A stretch of DNA of 64,000 nt from a virus, in the IMG/VR virus record IMGVR_UViG_3300025000_000007, positions 9,430-73,429 of that record; one strand, written 5' to 3'. Shown in pieces: positions 8,668 through 18,947 of the stretch. The stretch's first letter is position 1; the number at the start of each line of letters is the position of its first letter. Both the position numbers and the translations under genes were made by a program. The notes under the pieces are model-generated. The model searched no databases, was not told the origin of the DNA, and saw only the letters and a program-made list of their open reading frames with translations.

Positions 8668-11600
8668 TTAGATCACCATAGTATAATTTTTCAAAAATTG
8701 CGTTATTGAACCGTTTATGGATGCCTCTAAACAGTCCGGTATCAAATCAGAATCAGTATCTAGTGCCAAATCTGCAAATGAAATCTGACCGTGATAGATC
8801 GAGCCTTCGCCCGGATAGAGATTAAGCTCGTGAATTGTTCCGGTTTCGTCTCTTTTGAATGAAAGTGCCTGCGGTCGATGAGTATGCAGATAAAAATCAA
8901 TTATTGATGTTGAGGGATCATAGAGAGCTAACCAAGGTTTTGTGAGGTTTTGCAAGCCGTAAGATGTGTTTGTGGAGTCGGTGAATTCATGGGTTGTGCT
9001 GCCCATGTTTTCCACGCTGTGTAGATTGTCAGCTATGAACTCGAGGCGGGCGCCGATATACCGAGCGGAAGCCGACGGAGCGTTATACGCACCCCGGCAG
9101 CCGGGCCCAGCACGCGGCCCATGATCCCAGCTGCCGCCGAACCGCATGATTGAAGGGTTGTAGCGAGGGTAGTAGAAATAATCACATAGATACGTCGAGC
9201 TTGATCCAGCATTAGCAGACGGAATAAATGACAATGCTCCAAGCTCTTCGGATTGTATCCCATTTATGTATCCATCTTCTGAAACCGGCACAGTTCCTGC
9301 CCCCGTTTCATATGATCCTTCTGCAAGTGTAGCGGATGGAGTGCCAGTTCCATCTCTTTTCAGGATTGTATAAGAGCCATCACTTAAATTCAGATTCAAT
9401 CCGGCGATAAACTCCCAGCAGTTTCCGTATATGTTTTCTATCCCTCTCCAGCAAACCGGGGTTTGCCCATTTGTGCCTGAGCCGGTCCCGGTTCCATTTG
9501 TGCCAAGACGAGAATCAATTGAATCTGCCCCGGTTGTTTTCCCGGCATATCCTGTGCCAGATGCGAGATCAACGATCCCCATTCCCAACGCCGTCTGTGT
9601 GTCAAATGTGCCAGTTTCGCAGAAAATTAATGCCTGAATAGCAGAGTATCCCCATACATCAGTAATCCCCCAACCAGTGCCGTTATTTTTTGCGTATGTT
9701 TCAGCATCATCAAGAGTCAGTCTGCCAGAGTTTGGCAAGTTTGGATAGGCTACTGAGCCTGTACATGGCACTTTTCCAGTTGCAGATTTAAGTTTGAATA
9801 CCCCACTTTCAATTTCTCCAGATGCTTCTTTTGCGCCGATGTATACAAAATCTCTGTCAGTTCCACCCCTCTGAACAAACCACGGGTGTAGTGTGAATCC
9901 AGTGTGAGGATAGGGAGAAAACCAGTATCTGTAATATGGTGCGGAGTATTCGTATTTATAATAAAATTTCGGGCGTTCAACCATTAAATTCCCAGACGCA
10001 CCGGATAAATCAAGCCCATCACCGCGCGCGTTACTTCCATATAATATTTTGTCTCCTGATATAACACATCTCCTCTGACCTGAAAAAATTGGGTTTGTAT
10101 CGAAATTGTAACTTGTTACTGTGTTTCCGTCAACGTCTATTCTGCGCAGTGTTGGCGATTCGTTGGATGAATCCCGTTCAAATCCGATTATATTTGATTG
10201 ATCTGTAGACTGATTTAGTGAAATTTGTGAGCCTGTCTCACCGATGTATCGGATTACAGTTTTAAACCGACACTGACTGAACAATCCTGATGCAGGAGGC
10301 AAATCAACTCTCAATCCTATTCTCTTTGATGTACCTTTATTTCCACTGTAAGTTATATTCCCTGAACTTCCATCTTTTGTTTCTCCTGAAGAACCCTTTG
10401 GAAAAACTGCTCTGCCTGCTCCTGCTCCGTAAACATCATCAAATTTCGTACCATCTGCGGCAGTGAAGTTGGCTGATGTTTGAGCTACCTGAGCGTAGGC
10501 TGCATCAAGAGAATGAGTAGATGCTAATTGATATGCTGTGCCGTTGTGTGTGTAAAGTGCTAGAGAGGTTGCTGAAAGATTATCTGGGACTTGTACCTCG
10601 ACATATGCTGATTTTGCAACGTTTGTATATATATTGCTAATACTATATGTGTTTGCGGATTCGCTGCCAACGTCGCCTATACCAATCCATATACGCGAAA
10701 TCGCAGTAAATAAAAATCCGGCGTCTAATCGGGAGGGGTTTTGTCCAGACGTTGCCACTGGGGCGTGTATTGGAAGTACAAAACGTGTAAGAGTATTTGC
10801 CGATACTGGAAAACGCGAGCCTGTATAGCTCATGATAGGATAAGATGATCCAGTATATGATTCCAATCGAAGATATAACGTGCATGACTGTGAACATACG
10901 ATATCAAAACTAACAAATGTGGGGGATGATAAATTAATATTCAATGCTTTTGTTATTGAATGAATTCCTGTAGATTTTGCATTGCCTGAAAAAATTAAAC
11001 GGCCATCTGTAGATGAAATTGTGCCAGTTCCGTCAAACGCACTCCAGCCGGTAATAATACTAGAATCTATAGCCACCGATGGATTATTATCACCATCGTT
11101 CCGCGCCGTAAACTCCTGAGTAATCGTATGTGCAGCAGTATCAACAGCCAAATATCCAAGCTCTTTTAATTTCCCGGCTGTCAACGTTTTTGTACTATTT
11201 TGTCCTGTGATATCTGTAAGATAAACACCATCCGTAGACGTATAAAGAGTTCCGGGCAAATAATCAGGAGATTCAGACCCTTTTAATCCACCAAAATCAG
11301 CAGTTAACCTGTTTGTGTTTGCAACATATTCATTATAAGAAGGAAGTATAGCCGCGTTTTCAGTCGGAAGAACGAGAACTTTCCCGGTAGTTTCAAGAGT
11401 AATCACACCATCGGTTGCTTCCAGAAGTTCAAGAGAGCCGGGGATAGGAGTTCTCAAAACAATCTGTAATTTATCATTTGCCAACCCGTCCGAAGGATAC
11501 GAATGAGTAATACATCCGTTTTCCATCACAAGGGGATACTTAGGATTATCAGCATTATAAAATTCCATATCCCTAGAAAGATTACGGATTCTGAAAATGT

Positions 11601-11694
11601 TCTCTACTGATAAATTATAATATTCATAGGAGGGCCATATCTTTTTATTTGCGGGATCATAGGAATAATGCCCGCCGGGGATTACATTTTTCAT
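8668..11694 (-). CDS. Tail fibre/adhesin with an internal C-type-lectin-fold (DGR-target-like) receptor-binding domain
   Basis: VERPKFYYK, HPWF, YIGAKEAS, WRGIENIYGNCWEF, GGSW...GARL motifs typical of Mtd-like DGR targets. Confidence 0.8.
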   Translation of the reverse strand: MKNVIPGGHYSYDPANKKIWPSYEYYNLSVENIFRIRNLSRDMEFYNADNPKYPLVMENGCITHSYPSDGLANDKLQIVLRTPIPGSLELLEATDGVITLETTGKVLVLPTENAAILPSYNEYVANTNRLTADFGGLKGSESPDYLPGTLYTSTDGVYLTDITGQNSTKTLTAGKLKELGYLAVDTAAHTITQEFTARNDGDNNPSVAIDSSIITGWSAFDGTGTISSTDGRLIFSGNAKSTGIHSITKALNINLSSPTFVSFDIVCSQSCTLYLRLESYTGSSYPIMSYTGSRFPVSANTLTRFVLPIHAPVATSGQNPSRLDAGFLFTAISRIWIGIGDVGSESANTYSISNIYTNVAKSAYVEVQVPDNLSATSLALYTHNGTAYQLASTHSLDAAYAQVAQTSANFTAADGTKFDDVYGAGAGRAVFPKGSSGETKDGSSGNITYSGNKGTSKRIGLRVDLPPASGLFSQCRFKTVIRYIGETGSQISLNQSTDQSNIIGFERDSSNESPTLRRIDVDGNTVTSYNFDTNPIFSGQRRCVISGDKILYGSNARGDGLDLSGASGNLMVERPKFYYKYEYSAPYYRYWFSPYPHTGFTLHPWFVQRGGTDRDFVYIGAKEASGEIESGVFKLKSATGKVPCTGSVAYPNLPNSGRLTLDDAETYAKNNGTGWGITDVWGYSAIQALIFCETGTFDTQTALGMGIVDLASGTGYAGKTTGADSIDSRLGTNGTGTGSGTNGQTPVCWRGIENIYGNCWEFIAGLNLNLSDGSYTILKRDGTGTPSATLAEGSYETGAGTVPVSEDGYINGIQSEELGALSFIPSANAGSSSTYLCDYFYYPRYNPSIMRFGGSWDHGPRAGPGCRGAYNAPSASARYIGARLEFIADNLHSVENMGSTTHEFTDSTNTSYGLQNLTKPWLALYDPSTSIIDFYLHTHRPQALSFKRDETGTIHELNLYPGEGSIYHGQISFADLALDTDSDLIPDCLEASINGSITQFLKNYTMVI
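9037..9147 (-). repeat. DGR variable-region-like segment
   Basis: 37 codons, 78/111 G+C by hand count, none ending in A; putative variable positions are all NNY codons. Confidence 0.7.
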
Positions 11695-11763
11695 TTATAT
11701 CCCCTGCCGGAGGTAATTAAAATCAGTTATTAAATAGATCATATGTAATACAATAACACTTTA

Positions 11764-11784
11764 AAATAAAAATGTTTGTATTGA
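11764..11784 (-). promoter_or_regulatory. Putative late promoter TCAATACAAACATTTTTATTT
   Basis: Identical 21-mer also at 58972-58992, upstream of the portal gene. Confidence 0.6.
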
Positions 11785-11869
11785 TGTCACTTTTATTTAT
11801 TATTTAATCTGAAAAGAATATATTGGATTGAAAACTTAAAAAAGAGTGTTTAAAAAAAGAAGGATGTTA

Positions 11870-12109
11870 TTATAATAATTTATCAGTATTAATTTCTGTC
11901 TGTCCCTTGACAGCTTTGATTCCTCCAATTTCAACAGGTTCAAAAAAATCCGGTTTGTTAAGCATATCTACTATATTTTGGGGGCAGTTTTTAAAATATA
12001 TTGATTCATCGGTCAATATCTTCAGTTCGTAGAGTATATCAACTAATTTTATAAGATTTTTTATTGGATCACATGGGATACAGAGGGTGGGGCATTCGTC
12101 GAGATCCAT
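11870..12109 (-). CDS. Hypothetical protein
   Basis: ORF at the end of a minus-strand run. Confidence 0.4.
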   Translation of the reverse strand: MDLDECPTLCIPCDPIKNLIKLVDILYELKILTDESIYFKNCPQNIVDMLNKPDFFEPVEIGGIKAVKGQTEINTDKLL

Positions 12110-12460
12110 GTTTAATCGTTATCGTCAAAATTGAGCATACTTAGGTTTATATATAACTTACCAAGTGAGCTATATTTCTCATCGATCTTTTTAAAATCGT
12201 CCTTGAATATATCAAGAATTCGATCCATTATCTCATCTGATTCTGCCTTAAACTCTGCTTTTAAGCTAGCTAGTTCATCTGTGTCCATTATATAATCACC
12301 AGGTTACAAATATATCTATATATTTTTTAATATTTAAACTAATTTATTCTGTTTCATTTGGTGTGCTGTTCATTAGTTTACAATCTTGTATATTTTACTA
12401 ACCTTTAACTACATTTTCAAACTGAATATTCATTATATGTATATTCAGAATGTTGGAAAA

Positions 12461-12808
12461 TCAAGCTATAATCTGTTCCCCATATTCCGACAGTTCCAGA
12501 TAATTGATTCTCCCGTCGGTGGGATTCCATTTCAATGTGATAACCCCTTCCTCCTGAAGTTGATCAATAACTTTTTTTGTAGTATACCGAGAAAGTGACA
12601 GCTCGTTTGAGATCTGTAATCCATATGTCTGTGGGTTATCATGAATAAAAGCAACTATCCTATGATAATCATCATTATTATGAAGGCACTGCTTACACCA
12701 TGCCGTTTTTCGCCCATTCTTAACCGGGAACTCATCAAGAGGCATCATTGTAAAATGTTCAGGATTCTTACAGAGTTTTTCTGTGTAACCCCTGCCTGTA
12801 CGGCTCAC
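12461..12808 (-). CDS. Zn-binding plus winged-helix protein
   Basis: C..H...CKQC followed by HTH-like ISNELSLSRYTTKKVIDQLQEEGVI. Confidence 0.6.
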   Translation of the reverse strand: MSRTGRGYTEKLCKNPEHFTMMPLDEFPVKNGRKTAWCKQCLHNNDDYHRIVAFIHDNPQTYGLQISNELSLSRYTTKKVIDQLQEEGVITLKWNPTDGRINYLELSEYGEQIIA

Positions 12809-13179
12809 GCGCTCGCCTCTGAAACACTATATAATTTATAATTCCCTCTCTGAGAATAACAAATCGTTCCATCAGCTTCTAACTGATGCAGGTATCCTCG
12901 GATAGTATGAGGCGACTTTCCCAGGTTCAGAGCAATTTCAATTGCATGAGTTGGTTGTTTTCTTGATATGAAATTAAGAACTGCATCAGAGCCAAGAGCA
13001 GGCTTGTAAGTTTTGACAAGTCGGAATCCCCCGGCGTGCCCTCGTATAGGACGATCAGATGATGTTATACTGATGTCGAATGATTTACCGCATTTCTCGC
13101 ATGTTGAGGAAGTGCCTGCATCTTTTATGGAAAGGGTTGTAATACGGTGATGGTAGTAAGGACAGTGTTTTGTAGTCAT
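12805..13179 (-). CDS. Zn-ribbon plus winged-HTH regulator
   Basis: CPYY...CEKC; EIALNLGKSPHTIRGYLHQLEADG. Confidence 0.65.
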   Translation of the reverse strand: MTTKHCPYYHHRITTLSIKDAGTSSTCEKCGKSFDISITSSDRPIRGHAGGFRLVKTYKPALGSDAVLNFISRKQPTHAIEIALNLGKSPHTIRGYLHQLEADGTICYSQRGNYKLYSVSEASA

Positions 13180-14072
13180 TCTTCCTCCACGATGAACATC
13201 TTCTCAAATTGGGATAGAAGGCATTTCAAAAGAGCCTGTTCCTTTCTTGCTATTTCCTCATCCTGAACGCTCATAGAGAGTTTGAACAGTGGGTTATCAG
13301 CATAGAGAGCTTGTTCTCTTATGTCGATTGCTTTTACAAGAAGTGCTTTAAATTTTGGGATATTCTCTTCGGTTGTCATAATAGTCGCTCTTTAGTTTTT
13401 ATCTAATCAATTTTAAGCCGTTTTTCATTTGCCTAATACAAATACATTAACTTCACGAGAAATGCCCGCAAATCGCCTGAGATTCGATCTCTCGTATAAT
13501 TGCACGTCTAGTTAGTTCAACGCCGTACACATTTCCATATCCTCGATATTTATCACAAAATTCCCGAGCTTCAATATCAGGATTTAAATCCGGCTTGGAA
13601 TGGACTAACCATTTGATGTCCTTGAAGAATAACTCGGAATATTGATGTGCAAATTCATCTCTAGCTCTATAGAGACTCCAGCCGGGATGCAGTTTATAAA
13701 ACTCTTTTCTCTCTTTTCGATAGGATTCTAACGTTTGAAGATGGTTTTTTAGATCAAGAAAGAAGTTTGGATCTGAATAAGTTGGGAGGGCTTCCCAATG
13801 GATTAGGTAGTTAGATGGAGCCTGATGATACAAAGATGACAGAGTAATTAAAAGAATACCCCCTTAACCACATCTTCTTTGTAATCCTTTGACATCTTAT
13901 GCTCAAGAGAATATGCAAGCTGTTCAAATTGAGATTGAAAAGACAATACTTGATTTGCCTGCCTTACCCAATGGATACTATTTAGTAGTTCATTTAAAAG
14001 AGACATCTGAGATATTATAGTTTTTAATACAGTTCCTAATTCTCTATATTTTTCAATTGGTATGCAGTTCAT
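13176..14072 (-). CDS. Three small hypothetical ORFs (13176..13379, 13453..13833, 13848..14072)
   Basis: Co-oriented ORFs in the track. Confidence 0.45.
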
Positions 14073-14100
14073 AATTATCGCCCTGGTTTTTGGTCACATT

Positions 14101-14400
14101 TTTGTAAGATCTTGTAAGAGCTTACTTACAAGAATTAAAAAATCTGTAAGCGGTATACATCAACCTTACTAATCTAATACATGAAATTTTATTACAATAT
14201 TCTCTATTTGTGTTAATATTCTTATATAATTTAAAGAAGTCAAACCATATTTTTTAACCGGCTTTCTTCTTTGTTTTAGAAGCTTTTCTTTTTAGTTTAC
14301 ATAATCACTCATTTTCTCATTTTTCTCCCTTCATTCTTTCTCTTTGTTGTAAGTAAGAGCTTACATGTTCTTACAAGCTTGTAAGAGCCGTCTTACATAC
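14101..14400. repeat. Two clusters of (T)GTAAG/CTTAC(A) boxes flanking an AT-rich spacer; candidate replication origin
   Basis: About 6 boxes at 14103-14169 and about 6 at 14348-14397, in both orientations. Confidence 0.55.
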
Positions 14401-14404
14401 ATAG

Positions 14405-14992
14405 CTAGTAAAGCTTTTCGATATATTCTATAAAGTTTCGGTTTTTGTTGTTTTTACCGACTCTAACTTCGTTAGGAAACATCTCAAGAGTTTTATTCAT
14501 TACTTCTTTAGTTGCCTGTCTTACTCCCTTTGTGGTTGCCCTGTGTTCCTCTGGCACTTCATGCAGGAGAAACTTCTGGACTTCAGGACCAAGCATGAAC
14601 TTTTTACCATTTCGGTATGCTTCAGAAGGGAGATGGTCGCGTAGGAGTCTAGCCCGGACTTCGGTTTCATTCCCTGCCACTAAAACAGTTTCTTTTAAAA
14701 TAGGGATAGAAGAATCATCAATACGCTCGGATAAAAGAGCCAACTGCTCAGGGATTGTTTTAATTACTTCTTTATCTTCGCCCTGTGAGTCTTCCCCGAT
14801 GCAATAAAACTCATCTGCGCCGAGGTGGTTCTCGATATTAGAAACACGTTTGAGTAAAAAACAGTCGGGATCTGTTAACACCCGCATTACTAACCCCTTG
14901 AATACGCCGTATACTTCGGGATCTTGCAGGAGGTTTAAGAATTCCTGAATTTTAGGATTGGCGAGCATGGACGTTTGCCTCATCTTGCCCAC
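14405..14992 (-). CDS. Hypothetical protein (possible origin-binding protein)
   Basis: 195 aa ORF ending at the repeat cluster. Confidence 0.5.
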   Translation of the reverse strand: MGKMRQTSMLANPKIQEFLNLLQDPEVYGVFKGLVMRVLTDPDCFLLKRVSNIENHLGADEFYCIGEDSQGEDKEVIKTIPEQLALLSERIDDSSIPILKETVLVAGNETEVRARLLRDHLPSEAYRNGKKFMLGPEVQKFLLHEVPEEHRATTKGVRQATKEVMNKTLEMFPNEVRVGKNNKNRNFIEYIEKLY

Positions 14993-15080
14993 CTTAAAAT
15001 AGAATGCGTGTTCACTATTGTCGCTCTCCTAGTTTTTTGTATCTATTGTTTATCAGACTTCTTTTATTTATTACTATGTT

Positions 15081-15245
15081 TTATATTGCTTCGAGTAGTT
15101 CACATCGTCCATTTGGTATTTTTATAAACACTTCTACAGAATCACCTATATTGATTCCGTATTTATCACAAATATCCTTAATGGACACCCTGTACATCGT
15201 TTGTATGTTTCTCTCTCCGCAGTTAATACATTTAATTTCTACCAT
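15081..15245 (-). CDS. AbrB-like small regulator (54 aa)
   Basis: Own translation MVEIKCINCGERNIQTMYRVSIKDICDKYGINIGDSVEVFIK; leaderless after TATA; inverted repeat AGTACAT-taa-ATGTACT. Confidence 0.6.
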   Translation of the reverse strand: MVEIKCINCGERNIQTMYRVSIKDICDKYGINIGDSVEVFIKIPNGRCELLEAI

Positions 15246-15316
15246 AGTACATTAAATGTACTTAGTTGTATATATAACTTCCTAACGACCTAAAAAATTA
15301 AATAATAAGGAAATTA

Positions 15317-15799
15317 TCATTTATTCCACCGGGATTTAATCAAATTAATAGGATCACTGTCTAAAGTACATGGTTTCGCCACGCTGCAATATTTAATAGC
15401 TTCTGCCTCTACATTCGAAACCTTTCTTTCGTGCGCAACTCCAATTCTGGTTTCCATTCGTTCTTTATACTGCTGTTCGATTCTCATATCATCTTCTGTG
15501 AATTTCCACACAAAAGATTCAACGTCCCATAACGGAGAACGTGTAACATTGCTGAGACTGGTTTCAGCTTCTTCCGATTGCATAATATAAAAATCAGTTT
15601 CAACCGGGAAAATGTCAGAGCTTATCAATCCACCCGCGGCCATTTCTTCCTGCAACGGTTTATTTATTATAGTGTACTTCCTCAAACACGGTGCTTTTCC
15701 TGAAATAATAAATTCTTTTCTTGATATATCCGCATGGAGTAAGCAGGCTTCACCGGCAGGGGAGTGTATGTCGCTGCAATTGTGACAAATGAATAACAT
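15317..15799 (-). CDS. Hypothetical protein with N-terminal Cys/His cluster
   Basis: CHNC..H...C; GAGGTGA RBS. Confidence 0.5.
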   Translation of the reverse strand: MLFICHNCSDIHSPAGEACLLHADISRKEFIISGKAPCLRKYTIINKPLQEEMAAGGLISSDIFPVETDFYIMQSEEAETSLSNVTRSPLWDVESFVWKFTEDDMRIEQQYKERMETRIGVAHERKVSNVEAEAIKYCSVAKPCTLDSDPINLIKSRWNK

Positions 15800-15849
15800 T
15801 AAATCACCTCACAAAAAAATAATAAATTGTTATCTGTTTAAAATTTTCG

Positions 15850-16818
15850 TTATACATTCAAATAAAACTCCCTTGCCACAAAATCGGGGGTTTTTATAAG
15901 TTCCTGATCTATGATACAATATCCAAATGGGTGTCTTCTATTTTTATTTTTAGCTCTATTGTTCTGAACTTTATCATATTCCAATGTTTCATTATCAACA
16001 TCGTGTAATAAAAAACCTATTTCTCTCCCTTCTCCAAAATATTTAAACAATGCTTTTGTTACATTAATCTCGTTAAACTCGTCCTCTTTTATTGGAAGCA
16101 CGCACGTCACAGACGACACAAGTATTTTATCCCGAATTTGAGCAGGATATCCATTCTCAAGAGTATTCAGTATTTCTTCCATTAAATGCCCTGCTGATCT
16201 CATATAATACTTATATTTAAAAATTTCAAACGCGGTTAACTTTTTATTTTGGATTGCATCCACTTTTATTCCACTTTCCCCATGTTCAAATCTTGCTGCT
16301 TTTGCCGCACACGATGCCTTTTTTAATCGGATCGCAAATTCCATTACATATTCAGATTTGAATGGTCCAATTTCCTGATATGTATTTTTTAGGTAAAATC
16401 CGGGTGGTAAAGAAACTTTCCCTTCATCATTTACAAATAAATATATAAAATCTGCACAAGTTGTACCTACACCATCACCACATTTAGTAATACCAATGAA
16501 GTCCCTAATATCAGGCAGCCCATCAAATGTTAAAACCGGATGTCCAGTTGCTTCGCATAGAGCGATTGCCTTATTAAGCTCACCTTCTGTAAATTTTTGC
16601 CCCTTAATCTCCACCCATCTATTACACTCAGTTAACCAAAAATCAGGAAGATACCACCCTGCTTCTCCTAAATCATAACCTTCTTTTTCATACTCATATT
16701 TTATTCCCAATGCATCAAAGAAGACCGCCCACCGTGCTTCTAATCTGCTTCTAAAACGATACCCGTTATAGTGTGTTTCAATAGGTTTTAATAGTCGCTC
16801 TTTTGTTTTTCCCATCAC
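15850..16818 (-). CDS. PD-(D/E)XK nuclease-domain protein
   Basis: YNGYRFRSRLEARWAVFFD...YEYE...YLPDFWL....VEIKG. Confidence 0.8.
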   Translation of the reverse strand: MMGKTKERLLKPIETHYNGYRFRSRLEARWAVFFDALGIKYEYEKEGYDLGEAGWYLPDFWLTECNRWVEIKGQKFTEGELNKAIALCEATGHPVLTFDGLPDIRDFIGITKCGDGVGTTCADFIYLFVNDEGKVSLPPGFYLKNTYQEIGPFKSEYVMEFAIRLKKASCAAKAARFEHGESGIKVDAIQNKKLTAFEIFKYKYYMRSAGHLMEEILNTLENGYPAQIRDKILVSSVTCVLPIKEDEFNEINVTKALFKYFGEGREIGFLLHDVDNETLEYDKVQNNRAKNKNRRHPFGYCIIDQELIKTPDFVAREFYLNV

Positions 16819-16821
16819 GGA

Positions 16822-17010
16822 TCACTCCTGCGTTTCCTCTTTCCTCTTCTTAACATAAATTTCAAACTCACACCCTGCAAATTCAGTACCCACCGTTTTA
16901 ATCTGCCCCCACGCGTCTATAGTTCCAGTAAATCCCGCCTGAAACTTTGATTCTTTTATTTTGATGTCGCCAACAATTTTAATAGGTTCTAGTTTTCTCG
17001 GTCTTGCCAC
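16822..17010 (-). CDS. Small protein, possibly AbrB-like (DUF2080-like)
   Basis: GQIKTVGTEFAGCEFEIYV. Confidence 0.4.
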   Translation of the reverse strand: MARPRKLEPIKIVGDIKIKESKFQAGFTGTIDAWGQIKTVGTEFAGCEFEIYVKKRKEETQE

Positions 17011-17029
17011 GTTATCACCAAAAAAAGAA

Positions 17030-17290
17030 TTAGATTGATGTTGCCATTATTGACAACAAACTTCCAAGAATTGCGTCTTTCGACCCATTGTAAGAAGTTT
17101 CGGCCCACACCTGAACGCTTCCTCCGACAGGGCAAATAAGTATCTCAAATTTATTACACGACATTGCCTCGATTCTTGCTTTGATCTTTTTTGCATGGTT
17201 TTCTGTCATTGTTCCGAGATCAATTCTTGTGAATGTTTTTGGTTTCTCATCATTTCTAATCTGTGCTTTGTTCTGTGTTATCATGGTCAT
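17030..17290 (-). CDS. Hypothetical protein
   Basis: ORF downstream of the palindromic TATA AAACTATATATAGTTT. Confidence 0.5.
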   Translation of the reverse strand: MTMITQNKAQIRNDEKPKTFTRIDLGTMTENHAKKIKARIEAMSCNKFEILICPVGGSVQVWAETSYNGSKDAILGSLLSIMATSI

Positions 17291-17763
17291 TTATCTCAGT
17301 CCTCATTTACCTTGCTGTATATTATAGTATAACGGTGAAACTATATATAGTTTAGCATTTAATATTTGACATAAAAACTTCCTAACTCCATAAAAAATAA
17401 TATAAAAAAGTAAAAATTAAAAAGTAACTCCCGCATCAACAAATCTCGTTATCTTCAGTTTTGCACTCCAATATTGGATACTCACAAGACTTCCCTATAA
17501 AGCATCCCCCACATGCTAATAATTTTTGATTTAAACAGTTACTACAACGTGCTCTTTTTTTACGTTCCGAGAGGGATGCATTTATTATGTCTATTCCTGG
17601 AATAAGACTTCCCGGCGGTGGTACTTTAATCATGTTTCCGCCTCCCGATCCTCATCTACACAGCATGGCTCACAATCACAAGTATTTTCAAATATGTGAC
17701 ATCCCTTACAGGTTCCCCCTGAGATACCCAACTCGGAACAGTTTAAACACTTTGCTCGTATTG

Positions 17764-18696
17764 TCATGCTTCCGCCTCTTCAAGTCTGGCTCGGGAAGCA
17801 TTCAAAGCCTGCAATTCAGCTTCATGATAAGCTATCTTCTCAGAAATAACTTTTAAATCATTATAAACAACCCGATCCAACTTTAAAACTATTGGATAAT
17901 TTTTAATTAACCATTGGCGGATCATATCTTTATACATCTTAATAGCTCGCGCCCTGTTCCCTGCGAAGATCACATGACATCCTCGCATCTCAAGCCCTGC
18001 AATTGTTGCTTCTCGTGTTGCAACGGATACCCCTATATGATTTGTATTTCTCTTAGCGTGCCCGTTGTCGTCCCTTCCATTGTATGCAGGCACATACTTT
18101 ATGTAATCCTCGTAAGAGCATTCTGCAATGAGATACATCTCGTGGAAGCGGGAATCGTCCTTGAATCTCTTTATTTCTTTGTAGAAAGTCTCTCTTGAGT
18201 GGGCACTTGAAAGAGTTGCATATATGTCATTTGGGATACCTTGCCCTTTCTTATCCTCTTTCCCGCCTTTTCGTTCTACTATAAAGGGAATCCATCCGGC
18301 ATAACCAACACCTTGATAGTAAGCTTGATAATCAGCCGTCTGCTCGATTTTAATCTCTGCTTTTGTGAGCATTTTCCTAACTTGATGCCCTAAATCTTCT
18401 TCTTTCCAGGGATAATGTTCTTCGGGGGATTGAAAAATAATCACTTCTACGAGATCAGCCCATACTTTCAGTTGATTATTTAATTGAGATTTGAGTGTTT
18501 CGATGTCCGCTTCCAATTGTTTTTTAACAACAGCGATATCTTTTTTTGGAGCTTTTAAAGACAAACATTTAGTTATTTTAGTCTCTTGTGTTTTTATTTG
18601 TGCGTGTAGTTCTCTGATTCTTGCCTCATAATCTTGAATAGTCTTAACTTTCCCCACGTTCCCACCCCCCATCACATACACAAGTCGAATACTCAT
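17764..18696 (-). CDS. ERCC4/XPF-family nuclease with coiled-coil flanks
   Basis: ADY....IVERK...D...T....RETFYKEIKR...YLIAE. Confidence 0.75.
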   Translation of the reverse strand: MSIRLVYVMGGGNVGKVKTIQDYEARIRELHAQIKTQETKITKCLSLKAPKKDIAVVKKQLEADIETLKSQLNNQLKVWADLVEVIIFQSPEEHYPWKEEDLGHQVRKMLTKAEIKIEQTADYQAYYQGVGYAGWIPFIVERKGGKEDKKGQGIPNDIYATLSSAHSRETFYKEIKRFKDDSRFHEMYLIAECSYEDYIKYVPAYNGRDDNGHAKRNTNHIGVSVATREATIAGLEMRGCHVIFAGNRARAIKMYKDMIRQWLIKNYPIVLKLDRVVYNDLKVISEKIAYHEAELQALNASRARLEEAEA

Positions 18697-18947
18697 CCAA
18701 TTCTTGATCCTTTTTCTGACACTCTGGTAACTTCTTACAGTTCCCGCAGGTATCTTCAGGAGGATTCATTTGAAAGCCTCCGCACAGCCCTCACAAAGTC
18801 TCTGTCGGTGTCCAATACCCTCTTTGTAATGCCACTCATAAACAGCGCATCGTTTCCATTCTCCGCATTTTTCACACTGGGTAAAATATGCCATGCCTGC
18901 CTGTTTGAGTCCTATAAAATGCAGGATAGTCGTTTCGGGTGATGGAA

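Noticed and set aside
15276-17386. Shared AACTTCCTAAC at 15276 and 17376
   Set aside because: Only 11 bp, with different spacing to the TATA box; could be chance
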